A stretch of 64,000 nt of DNA from Gracilinanus agilis (Eukaryota): positions 140,995,284 to 141,059,283 of the forward strand of contig NC_058132.1 of NCBI RefSeq assembly GCF_016433145.1, read 5' to 3'. Below, one piece after another: positions 25,620 to 37,789 of the stretch (positions within the stretch are counted from its first letter, which is position 1; each line of letters opens with the position of its first letter). Made by a program: the position numbers and the translations under genes. The notes beneath the pieces are model-generated. The model searched no databases and was not told the DNA's origin. It worked only from the letters and a program-made list of their open reading frames with translations.

Positions 25620-26800
25620 TTCAAAATGATTAATAACATCCTAGTTGTCAGATCCAGTGGCCTTTTCTGCCTCTGTCTTTCTTTTAACCCTTACCTTCTA
25701 TCTAAGAATCGTTATCAGTATCTGTTCCATGGAGAAGAGTGGTAAGGGCCATCTAGCTGCCCTCAGTGGATTTTCTTAATCTTCATTTTTTTCTTTGTAG
25801 CATTTGACACTGTCAGGCACTCTTTTCTTCCTTGCTACTTTCTTTCTAAGTTTTTGGAACACTCCTCATTTTCCTCCTAAGTAATTTCACTGCTCCTTCT
25901 CTTGTCTCCTTTGTTGGACCCACCTCCAGTTATATCCTCTAACTGTAATTGTCCCTCAGTGTTCTGTCTTGAACCCTCTTTTCTACCTCTACTACTACAC
26001 TTGGTGATTTCATTACCTCCCATGGATTTAATTATCATTTCTATGCCAATGATTTTTAAATCTACCTTTCCCAGCCTAGGCTCTCCGTGGACCTTCAGAC
26101 TTGCATCACTTTTTAGACATTTCAGATTAGGTGGCCAGTAAACATCTTAAATTCAATACATCCAAAACAGAACTCATTATTTCCCCCCTTAAACTCTTTC
26201 CCCTGCTTCCCACCTTTCCTATTACTGTAGAAGGCAAAATCACTAGACTTTCAACCTCAGAGTCATCCTGGACTCTTCACTATCTCCTCTTGTAAAAAGA
26301 CAGGGAACAGTCAAGCAAAGTGGAAATGCATGAAAGCAAGGGAGAAGCTTTAGAATGTTCCTGGAAATTCCCTTTTCACTCTCTATATTCAATCTCTTGC
26401 TGAGGCCTGCTGATTTCACCTTTGCAATGATCTTTTGAATTCTATGACTGACACTGGCTTCCTGGCTGTTCTTCCACAAATAAGATACTCCATCTTTGTA
26501 CATTTTCTCTATCTTCCATGCCTAGAATGTTTTCCCTCCATTCTGGCTACTGCTTTCTGTGGCTTCCTTTAAGTTTCAGCGAAAATCCCGTGTTCTCCAA
26601 GAGGCTTTCCTATCCCCTCTTAATTCCAGTGCTTTCTCTCTTTTCATGATTTCTTATTAGCCCTATGTTAGTTTGTATATGTTTGGAAGTTTGTCTCATT
26701 TGATTGTAGGTTCTTTGAGGACAGGGAATGACTTTTGTCCCTTTTTATATCCCCAGCTACATAGTAAGAGCTTAATAAATGATTTTTTTGATTGATTGCA
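25620..26800 (+). mobile_element. L2 LINE remnant (RT region to 3' end)
   Basis: GCATTTGACACTGT (AFDTV) motif and 3' tail GAGCTTAATAAATGA...GATTGATTG. Confidence 0.8.
25669..25762 (-). mobile_element. Internally deleted SINE1-type SINE inside the L2
   Basis: A 14-nt head GGGCAGCTAGATGG joined to the 3' CCCTTACCACTCTTCT region. TSD-like CAGTGGCCTTTTCT / CAGTGGATTTTCT. Confidence 0.65.
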
Positions 26801-27623
26801 TCAGAAAGCAAACACTTCTGATATAAATGACAATTCCGCAAATTGTTATAGAAAGTATAATTATATAGAATCACAGAACTTTAAGTTGAAAGAGATTTTA
26901 GTGGCCTTGTAACTCTTTCCCCAAAGAATGCCCACTACAAGTAGCTGTCCATCCAGTCAAAAGTCAATCATTCCACTTATGGTTTGCTCTAATTGTTAGG
27001 AAGCTTTCCTGACCTCAAGGCAAATTGGCCTCTTTAGCTTCTCCCTATTGTTTCTGATTCTGCTTTCTAGGGTCTATAGAACAAGTTTAATCACTCTTCC
27101 ACCAGAAAATTTGTCAGGTCCTTGAAGACATGCCTCTTCCCCCTTCCCTTTCTCCCAATCACCTCCCTAGTCTTTTCTAGGCTAAATACACCTACTTCCT
27201 TCATCTGTTTCTCATATTAACAAAAAGCTTTTCACCATTTTCCATTCCTAAAAACAGTACCTATAACTGAACATACTCCAGTTTTTGTTTGACCTAGGGC
27301 ACCCATACATATCAAAGTCATTGTCGTTTTATTCTTGGAAATGATACCTTTCATTGCAGCCTAAAATACAAACTCTTTTAGTTGCCATATCACATTACTG
27401 TCACATTGAGATTTTAGTCCAGTAATACTCCAGATCTATCTCAAGACAGATTGATATCTAGCCATTTCTCCCTTGTGTTATACTTGGGAAGTCAATTACT
27501 TGAACTCAGTTGTAAAACTTTGCATTTATTTATATTGAATTTTGTTTTAATGAGATTCAGCCCAGTGTTCTATGTCTATCAAAGATCTTTTAAAATTATG
27601 ATTGTCATGTAATGTATTGACTG

Positions 27624-28550
27624 TGTTGCAGTTTGAGAGTGGTGAAAGCTGGGTTTGTCCCAAGAACTAAAAATTCCTACTGTTCATGGCAGGAAGTGTA
27701 GTTTTTATTGGGTGCAATTGCTAAGTTTAAAATGGCCAGAACGGCGCAAGAAAAACCACTGCTGGAAAAAAGCTGCTCTTGGGCAAAAATACTGCACTTG
27801 GAAAAAAGCTGCTTTGTGCTCTGGGAGAGAGGCCACCCCACTTTGTGGCTGCTCTCCAGCCCCTGGTCCATCTGGGCAGGTCTGGGCAAAGGTGGGGAGG
27901 AGGCACAGGGAAACAGGTTGGTTATGAATGATTTAGTACCAGGCACCCAGATGCAGCACTGCTTGTATTCAGGTTTCTGGATTTTTATTGAGAGTCTGGG
28001 GGATTCTCTCCTCCCATCCTTGGGAATTCTTCACCTTTCCTCTGATTATTCCTCCCCTGGACATTCATTCTAGGAGGCATTCTAGGCTGAGAAGTGGGGG
28101 AAGAGAGGGTATGAACATGGGTATGTTTTAGGGGTTGATATGGCATGAAGTGAATGTTAGGGCACGAAAAGAGCGAAAGGGGCATGTACAGGGCTTGGGG
28201 GATTCCCTCTAATCATAAAGATTTTCTTTTAATTGCAAAGATAACCATTGTGCATTGTTTGTTTTAAATTCCGGGAAGTGCTATTTGGAAGTGTCTAGCA
28301 GACTCCCTATGGACACGTGGGGGCTTTGAGACTACATTACCCATGATTCCAATGGGTCTTAGGGTATGGGTACGTCAAAGGTCAAAGGTCCCCACGCGGG
28401 GGGGGGGGGCAGTTTAGATTCAGAGGAGGGCCTAAACAAGGCCCTTGATCTTCCTGAGGAGCTGGCTGGCCTGCGGGAGAGAGGATGGGTTCCATCGGTA
28501 AAAGCTAGACAGTCGCGGTCATATATATATATATATATATATTACCAACA
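27624..28550 (-). mobile_element. ERV LTR, relatively young
   Basis: TGTTG...CAACA termini, minus-strand AATAAA about 75 bp from the 3' end, retained CpGs. Interrupts an L3 remnant. Right boundary uncertain. Confidence 0.65.
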
Positions 28551-29015
28551 TGGCCATGGCTTTTGTTAAAATACTAATTTCTATTATTATATCAGTCTTT
28601 ATCATTTTTAATCGTAACAGCATGTGTGACAAAGATAACCAGTGTGCATGTTCCTTCCCTTGTCCAGTTATTCAACTTTCAAGGTTGTTTGGGTGTCCTT
28701 TCTCAGCCTTGCAAAGCTGTTATCAACTGGGAGAAAGTCATAACATTATCTGTTGACTTTCAAGTNATATATATATATATATATATATATATTACCAACA
28801 TGGCCATGGCTTTTGTTAAAATACTAATTTCTATTATTATATCAGTCTTTATCATTTTTAATCGTAACAGCATGTGTGACAAAGATAACCAGTGTGCATG
28901 TTCCTTCCCTTGTCCAGTTATTCAACTTTCAAGGTTGTTTGGGTGTCCTTTCTCAGCCTTGCAAAGCTGTTATCAACTGGGAGAAAGTCATAACATTATC
29001 TGTTGACTTTCAAGT
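28521..29015. other. Exact duplication of about 245 bp either side of a single N (28766): probable assembly artefact
   Basis: 28521-28765 and 28767-29015 are identical apart from (AT)n length. Confidence 0.85.
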
Positions 29016-29025
29016 TTAGCTTAGA

Positions 29026-29059
<34 letters not shown>

Positions 29060-29741
29060 CACACGCAAGTCCTTATCACCTGAGAGGAAAGAAGGAAATG
29101 ATGGAATCCACATCATTTGGCAGTATTTGCTAACTAGTAAAAAAAATTTTAAGATCGCAAAGCATTTAAAAATGAATTTCAAAGCACTTTTTAAAGCATC
29201 ATTTCTCATTCTTTCCTACTGTACAACCACATCAGATCTACTGGAGATCTGATAAGGATTTGTTTATATTTTTATCCAGTAAAAATATTAAATAGCTCAG
29301 GGACACGCATTCTATTAGAGTCCTCCTTCTAGGCCAACAGAGAACTGTTAATAACTACTCTTGAATCTGTCTTTCATGATCCTTGTAGACTATCCTGGCT
29401 AGAGTATACAACTCTTTTCCATGAACCCATATAAATTATCCACTAGGAGTCCACTTAGCTTGCCAAGAATTTTCTTTTGAGTTTTCCTGATGTTGAGAGG
29501 ATACATTATAGTATATGCCATGTACTACAGAACCAGAACATTGGTTGTTCTATGCCCCATTCAACAGATCTTTTTTTCAATCATTGATATGTCTTTTTCA
29601 CCACTTTTCCTACCATGGAAATCCTTCGTGCATCTTTAACTCTGTGCTTCAGGTTTTTGGAGAGGGTTATATTCCATGATTCACAGCTGTGGAACATCAT
29701 ACCACAAGAATATTGATATTTGTATTAAAAATCTAGGTCTT

Positions 29742-29943
29742 GGGGGCAGCTGGGTGGATCAGTGGATTGAGACCCAGGCCTAGAGATGGGATCCTAGGTT
29801 CAAATCTGGCCTCAGACACTTCCTAGCTGTTCGACCTTGGACAACAATCATTTAACCCTGATTGTCTAGCCCTTATTGTTCTTCTGCCTGGAAACCAATA
29901 CACACACTGTATTGATTGTAAGATGGAGGGTTTAAAAAAAAAA
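29742..29943 (+). mobile_element. SINE1_Mdo-type SINE
   Basis: Full head, CORE and tail. TSD AAAAATCTAGGTCTT / AAAAAGATAGGTCTT. Confidence 0.9.
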
Positions 29944-31783
29944 GATAGGTCTTTGCTTTAGGATGATACGTGGCGTCCTTAGAATAACTTTTCAATTTTC
30001 CAAAGATAATCTAATTTACTCTCTTCTTCCTTTTCAATAATGGGCCCAACTGACTGTCCATTTGCATTGTTTGTTCAAAGTATATACTGATGTAAATGGT
30101 CTATGGGTTGTCCATCCAACTGAGCATTCTATTCTTATAGTAGGTTTTTTTTTTTAAACTTGGGATAGTTAGCTCAAGGATGTACAGCATTGTTCCTGGC
30201 TTTATTGTAATCAGCACAATTTACTCTGCAAATAGGAGTATCTGGAGGGCACTCTTTGACTTGGATGCTGCATTGGATGAAAAATGTTATAGTTTGATTT
30301 AGGGAAAAAAGATCTTATATCTTCTTTGGTTATAACAAATTAAAATTTATGATAAGTTATTATAAAGCATTTGATTCAAGCTTTCTTATACTGGTGCATA
30401 TCAAAATTTTACAAGTTACTTCAAAACATTTAAGAAGGGATAGTCTTGTTTGACTCCCTTATTAATATCAAGGTAGACACAAGTCAGAAAGAATTGTTTA
30501 TTTTTACGAGTTTGTATAAAATGTCTTTACTATTTACTTTGTCTGGTAATACAAACGATGGTCTAATATTTAGTACTTGCAATCATTAGAAAAATATCTT
30601 GGCAATTTGAGTCTGGGAAATCTACTGGAAGAAAAATCCCAACTCAGAAATATTATTTTACAATTCATACATAATTTCATTTATCCTTGAGAATTAGGTA
30701 TGAAAACAGAATTAATCTCTTTTTCTTTCCAGTAATAGGCTGTTTACTCCATAGAATTCAGACTTTTCCAAGAATTTTTGAGGGTAATATGTTAAATTTA
30801 CATTCACTATAAAACATCCAGAACCTTATTAAACTTATTCTGTATCAATTACTATAATAAAATTTTGGTGGCATATGATTCAATGGTAGTCTGCCTTTAA
30901 AGAATACCCCATGTAAATTTTGTAGTCTTTCTATCAGTCATATTGAGAGATTAATTAAATGTCTGTATAATAATTTAAGCTTCTTAAAAGGAAATGTTAT
31001 TTAAATCCAAATACCATTATGCCAGAATTATGTCTATTAAAGACTTATTATAGCAACCCATACTCGTTGCATGTATAACATAAGAATTTGATCTAAAACA
31101 TGTATAATAAATATCTTAAGAAAGGATATATATATGTACATATATATATGTAGTTTTGATTAACTTTGGAAAGAAACTTATTGAATCTTTGAATGCTTTT
31201 ACTAAAAACTGAAGTAGGATCTAGTTTTTCTGAGTTAAATGCTGACATGTTTGTATGAAGTGTAAGATGCAAAATAGAGCATCTTCATATGAATTGATAT
31301 ATCTCAGTGCTTCTCATTTAATCTGTGTCTGAAGTAATGATGTTCTTTAATGTTGTGTTTAAAATAACACTATCTGGAATATTCCACAAATTTGAGGTTA
31401 AATACTAATAAGAATTTGTAATGTGCCATAGGTATGAGAATCCACTGAGGTGTGATACATAATCATTAACCAGTGTTAAATGTTCATTGATTTGTTTTAT
31501 ATTGTAGGTTATCTTTGAAAATCAATGAACCTTGCTTTTTATTTTGGTATTTAATATATAGGACTGATTGAGAACATTATAGTATTAAGTTTATATAGCA
31601 AGTTTTAATTAACTTGAGAGATCCAAAGATTTGTAATTCTTGGAATTTGTTGCCAAAAATTTGACCTCAACATTTTTTTTCCCATGAAATAAACCACATG
31701 GAGGAAAATGTTTGAAACATCTCAAACAGAATGTTATTGGAGTTGTAACACTTTCTTTTCCTGTTTAAGAAAATTATAGTTTA

Positions 31784-31981
31784 GGGGGCAAGCTAGGTGG
31801 CTCAGTGGTTTGAGAGCCAGGTCCAGAGATGGGAGGTCCTGGGTTCAAATTTGACCTCAGACACTAGCTGTGTGACCCTGGGCAAGTCACTTAACCCCCT
31901 TTTGCTCTCTTACCACTCTTCTGCCTTGGAACCAATACACAGTATTGATTCCAAGATGGAATGTAAGGGTTTAAAAAAACA
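31784..31981 (+). mobile_element. SINE1_Mdo-type SINE
   Basis: Near-consensus sequence. TSD AAAATTATAGTTT / AAAACTATAGTTT. Confidence 0.9.
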
Positions 31982-32435
31982 AAACTATAGTTTCTTCTGC
32001 TTTCCTGAATGAAAGTGGGGTAGAAAAACAAAATAAAAGACTTTTTCATCCAAGAAATATTTATTGAACACTTAACTACATGCTATTTATTATTATTAGT
32101 GTTATGATGAGTACCAGGAAGGTTGGGGGACTGACCAATATATGTGAAAATATAACTAGTAGGGAATCATTAGTGCTATATGATTACATGATTATATAAC
32201 TTACAGGTGGTATAGAAATACAGAAGAGGAATTAGGCACTTAGAGTTAGGTAAGTAAGGGAAGACTTCATGGACAAGTTGAAACTAATTGGACCTTGAAA
32301 GATTGGAGTCATTTGTATGGGTTAGATGAAGTTAGGGAGGGCATTATTACAGCTGGAAAATAGGTGATTCCATTGGTAAAAGTTGTGTGTCTGTTAATTA
32401 ATGTAGTAATTTTTAAGAAGGTTCACCTGGAAGAA

Positions 32436-32787
32436 TGTTCATTGTTGTTTAGTTGTTTATTACATAATATTACATAAGCGAAGTGACTCCCAGTGGGCAC
32501 CATGTCAGTCTTATAAGCTGAAGATCTTGAGTTCCATACCTGAAAGGGGGGGATGTGTTACAATGGGAGAAGCTTCTAAGGCAAAAGAATCACTTAGCTT
32601 TTACCTTAGGGTCCATTATTCAGTCTGCATCTGCTAGCCTGAGATTCCCTTCAGGGTGGATTCTCAAGGGAACTGGGAACAGATTACAAGCTTTGGGGGT
32701 CTCCAACCTACAAGCTATTCCTAAAACTTGGGGTTCATCAGATCTTACTAGGCCACAAGATTGGGATCTCTAGATTCCACATCCACA
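32436..32787 (-). mobile_element. Solo LTR (short variant)
   Basis: Minus-strand TATAAG (about 32511) and AATAAA near the 3' end. About 200 bp homologous to 34295-34498. Confidence 0.7.
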
Positions 32788-33890
32788 ATGTATTCCCAAG
32801 ATTGTAGACTGATGAAATTCAGTTTTATTCCAAAATATAAACATAGTTCAACATAGAAAGACACTTACCATAAGCAAAAATGCCCTACTCAATATGTTCA
32901 TATAATTAGGGAAAAGTCTTTGATGATTCATTTATCCTAAAAGTCCTATGAAGTATATAGGCTTTTTCACATTACATTTTATCATGTTAGAAAAATATAT
33001 CTAATATGTCTCATACCAAAAGTTAGCATTGTTTGCAATGAAAAAAAAATTGAAGCTTTACCTAGGGAGAGAGAATGCTTCCTTTCTAGTGTTTGATATA
33101 GTTTTAGAAATGGTAGAATTTTTAAAATTCCCATTTCTAGAACCATATAATTGTAAGATAAGAAAAGTAAATGAAAGGCACAACAAATACAGGCCTTTGC
33201 CAAGGTAAAAAGGACTTGAATCTAAACTTGTTTGCTAATGTTTCTTTACAAAACTCCTGAAAATCAGCCAAGACACTATTTGAGACAATGGTAAATTTAA
33301 ATTAGTAGGATACAAAATAAACTCACATAAATCAATACTATTTCCACAAAGCAATAATAAAAACCAGAAGGAAATATAAAAGAAGTCTTATTCAAAATAA
33401 CAAAAATGAATACAGTATCCTAGAGGCAGTCCAGTAAGGGACACTAACGACATATAAATACAATTACAAAACATCCTAAAAGAATAAAGAACTCTAAACA
33501 ACTGGAGTGATATTCATTGCCCATGATTGGGCCACTAAAATAAAATAAAGATGATATCTATTTCAATTTACAGATTTAGTGCAATACCAAACTTATCAAG
33601 GAGATTTTTGATCAGTTATACAAAATAAAAACAGAACTTCTTTGGAAAAACAAAAGTCTAGAATCTCAAGGGAAATAATGAAACAGGATTGAAGAGAGAA
33701 TGGCACCTCCACACTACAATTTATGCTTTAAAGCAGTGATCATCAAGAGTATTTGATACTAGTTTAAAAAATAGAAACATTAAATCTGTGGACCACCTAA
33801 GAAAAAGAAATGGAAACAATTTTACTCAACCCCAGAATTTGATAAACCTGTAAACATCAATTACTTGGAGAAAAATTCCTTGCTTAGTAA

Positions 33891-34498
33891 TGTTAACTTT
33901 GAAAAACAGAACTAAATAGTCAGAAAAGCCGCTCTTTAATTAAGGACAGAGGTAACGGGGCTGAGTAGGCCTCTACTCAGAGCTGAGTGCTACATGCCTA
34001 TGCAGAGTCCTAGGATTGAACTCTAACTGCTCTGGGCCCTGACCCTGGGAGTGCCACCATAGACGATGACTCCAAGGAACAAAAGAAATTGGGGAGCCTA
34101 TATACCATTTGGGAAGATCCTGGGGCTGGGAAAGATGATGGACATTACCATGCTGACCGGATTCAATCAAGCTTGGGAAAGGGATCATAGCCAGAGGCTA
34201 GGGTGTCAGAGAAAGGGCTACTTACAATGGATACTAAAGGATGGTCTCTACCCTGTTGAGTCTTACTGGGAAAGGGTCCCTGATACAAAGGAGACAAAAA
34301 GGATATTTAGCATTTACCTTAGAGTCAGTTATTCAGTCTGCAACTGCTAGCCTGAGATTCCCTTCAGCGTGTATTCTCATGGGAACAGGGAACAAGCACA
34401 AGCTTTGGGGTCTCTAATTTATAAGCTATTCCTAAAACTTGGGGTTCATTAGATCCCACCAGGCTACAAATTTGGGGTTTCTAGATTCCACATTGACA
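33891..34498 (-). mobile_element. Solo LTR (608 bp) inserted in L1
   Basis: TGTTAA...TTGACA ends, 4-bp TSD GTAA, minus-strand ATTAAA near the 3' end. Confidence 0.85.
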
Positions 34499-34685
34499 GT
34501 AAGAACTGTTGTTAAAATGAAGTCTGTCAGAAATTAGACATAATCCATACGCCATAACAAACTAAAAAGAGATATTATGACCTGACTAATAAAGGGAAGA
34601 ACTAAATTGCATCTTTCACAGGTATGGGTGGGGCAAAGAAATCCTAACCAAACCAGGGCCAAAGGCTATTGGAAAAGATTAAACT

Positions 34686-34880
34686 GGGGGCAGCTGGGTA
34701 GATCAGTGGATTGAGAGCTAGGCCTAGAGACTGGAGGTTTCTAGGTTCAAATTTGGCCTCAGACACTTCCCAGCTGTGTGACCCTTGGCAAGTCACTTGA
34801 CCCCCATTGCCCACCCTTACCACTCTTCTGCCTTGGAGCCAATCCAAGACAGAAGGTAAGAGTTTTTTTTTTTTTTTTAA
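34686..34880 (+). mobile_element. SINE1_Mdo-type SINE
   Basis: Head GGGGGCAGCTGGGTAGATCAGTGG. TSD AAAAGATTAAA. Confidence 0.88.
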
Positions 34881-35034
34881 AAAAGATTAAATAAGTAATT
34901 TTAATTATGTAAAATTGAGAAGTTTTTGCAGAAACAAAATCATTGTAACCAGGATAAGAAGGGAATTGGTTGATTGGGGAAAATCATTGCATTAAATACT
35001 TCTCATAGGGATCTGATAATACAAATCTCTAATC

Positions 35035-35074
<40 letters not shown>
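35035..35074. repeat. (TCTA)10 microsatellite
   Basis: Directly visible. Confidence 0.95.
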
Positions 35075-35075
<1 letters not shown>

Positions 35076-36507
35076 AATTAACATTATATATGTGAGCTGT
35101 TCTCCACCTGATCAAGGAATGAGACATTAGAATTCTCAAAAGAAGAACAAATTGCTAACATATTAAATGCTGCTCCAAGTCACTAATAAGATAAAATCAT
35201 ATTGAAACTACACTGAAAATTTTCCTTAGGTCCAGTAATTGGAAGATGACAAAAATATGGAAAAAAGTCAGGTTCGAGAGGTTTTCAGAAAGATAGGCCA
35301 ACTAATACAGTATTGGAACTGTGAATTGTGAATGATTATTCTGGAATGTGTTGGAATTCTGCTAAGAAAGCGCCAATATGTTCAAACTTTGATCCTTGAG
35401 ATTCCCACTTGTAGGCATAAATCCTTAAAGAGTTAAAAGATACAATGGTCCTATGTAAACAATAAAATTATAAGAGCTCCTTTTGTGGTAGTAAAGAAGT
35501 GAAGACAAAATAGTTGCCCAGTGAGTGGAGAAAGTCTCAAGAAATTGTGATATGTGAATACAATAGATACGTCTCTGCCCTTAGAAATTATGAATAATTT
35601 GGACAAACATGGAGAGAATTAATATGAATGAATGCTGAATAATAGAACTAGGTAAACAGTATACATGTGACAATAGCAGTTTGAGTAAAAAGAACAAAGG
35701 CCACAAATGAAATACTGTTGAAGTGATCAAGTGGAGATGAAGAGGATATGAAAAATTTTTTCTCCCTTCCTCCTTTGTTGAGGTTGGGGACCATTGGAAT
35801 AGAACATTGTATATAGTATCCAAATTGATGTTTTTCTTAGTTTGGTAAACTGTTGTTTGAGATAGACCTGAAGTCAGGAAGGCCTACTTTCAGATCCAAG
35901 CAGACTCTTATTAAATGTGTGACTCTGGGCAAGGGATTTAATCTGTTTGCCTCTGTTTTTTCTACTTTAAGAATAAAAGCACCTATGCTCCAACGTGGTT
36001 GTGAAGATGAAATGAGATAATATTTGTGAAGTGTTTAGCTTAGTGCCTGGTACATAGTGGGTACTTAACAAATACATATTTTCTCTCCCCACCCACCAAT
36101 TTACTTCATGAATGGTTTGCTGTTTAGAGGAGGGGTAAAAGTGTGTATGACAATAAAACTAACATAAAAATGAAAAGCAATAACAATTGAAAGTTAAATG
36201 CTAGGATAAATTATGAGGATTAAGGTTGTGACAGAATTTGAGAGTTGGTAGGGACTGTGTAGTATGCAGTGGCCATGTAGTACAACTTATAAAAGAAAGG
36301 AGCCTTACTAGAGCATACTTGATAAACGGTCATTTTACCTTTGATTAAAGAGTGTGAGGGAAATCCATCATATTTAGAACTCTCTTCTTTTTTTCATTTC
36401 TCTAGTTATCAAAGATATTTCTTGACATTAAGTTTAGACTTGCCTCTTTGCAACTTTCACCCATTGCTCTTGATTCTGCCCTCCTGGACCACCATTTCTC
36501 TAAGCAC

Positions 36508-37001
36508 TGTTAACTTGCAAAATCACAGAGGCCACTAAAGTAGTCAGCAAGACCAAATCTTTAGTCAGGATAAAGAGACAAGTCCTTAATAACTGGCTGC
36601 CACACAGAGCCAAGCATTAAATACCAAAGTTCTGGGACTCTTGGGGATAGTGACTCTGGGAAATTCACCACAAAAGATGATTTTTCCAAAGAATAATAGA
36701 ATATAGGGGTCTCGTATACCTTTTGGGGGAATTAAGGACAGAAAACATACACTGGTTACTAGCAGGTTTGGGAAAGAGGCTGGAGTATCTGGAAGTATCT
36801 TCAACTGCTGTGGATATAAAAACTTCTAAGACAAAGAGGGTGATTGAGGACTTCAACATTTCTATCATCCTATTGAGGATGCTCAGTGGGTACTTGGTGA
36901 TCCATTGTTCAGTCTAAACCTGGTCTGTCTGGGACTTCCCTTAAGGCAAGTGCCCAAAGAATACGGCAAACTTGGGACTCCCTAAAACCCTGTTAAGAAC
37001 A
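36508..37001 (-). mobile_element. LTR-like element inserted in an antisense L3
   Basis: Its start TGTTAACTTGCAAAATCACAG...TAGTCAG resembles the left end of the 33891 LTR. L3 sequence resumes after it. Confidence 0.55.
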
Positions 37002-37789
37002 TGTTGCCTTCAGGTCTTCTTCAGGCTAAATATCCCCCAGGTGTTTTAACACAACTTTACATGATATAAACTCAGAGCTCTTTGTCATCCATTTTGTCTT
37101 TAACTGTGCAAAACTGAAGACAGTTTAGCAGTGGAGGCCTGACAAGGTCAGAGATCAGTAAGATAATGATCACCTCCTTTTTCTTGAAGCCCGTGCCTCT
37201 CTTAGGCTCAAGAATCACATTAGCTTTTTTGGCCGCTACATCATATTGTGCATTAATTCTGCCCCTACTCCCCCTGATCAGTTTTGGAATAACTTCTTGT
37301 GTCTACCTTATCCTGTACTTCTCAAGTTAGGTTTTTGATCCCCAAATATGGCTTCACATTTATTCCAATGGAATTTAATCTATTACTAGACTTATCCCAA
37401 TGTTCTAGGCTTGACAGAGTCTTTTTGGATGACTATTCTGTCCCCATTGTACATGTTTGATGAGCATGTCATTTATACCCTAATCTAAATCACTGATAAA
37501 AATTTTAAACAGCATAGGACCAGAGAGAGTTTCTCCCTTGAGTCCAGCCAGCCAAAAATAGTCCGGAGTTCAAAACAAATTGCATGTTTAGTACTTGATG
37601 ATGTTATATAATCAAATTTGTGGAATATGAACAAACATGTCAGAGTAAAGTTAGGAATTTGCCTGAACGTCCTCAAATTCTCCTCCAAACAACATTAAAA
37701 TAATATCTTAAAATGTTCTGAATCCTGAAGCTTTAGTACTAATAAAAGAATGATGTGAAACAATTTTCCTATCTGAGACAACTTAGAAG

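Larger units (their letters stand above)
33245..35830 (+). mobile_element. Old, fragmented L1 ORF2/3' remnant with nested insertions
   Basis: L1-like A-rich decayed segments (GGATACAAAATAAACTCACATAAATCA...) that rejoin across the LTR at 33891-34498 and the SINE at 34686. Confidence 0.75.

Noticed and set aside
28550-29006. Repeated hydrophobic ORF (MAMAFVKILISIIISVFIIF...) resembling a small membrane protein
   Set aside because: Duplicated by a probable assembly artefact, with no splice or homology support.
32436-34498. Two similar LTRs that could flank a provirus
   Set aside because: The second LTR has its own TSD and interrupts L1. The intervening DNA is L1-like, not gag/pol/env.
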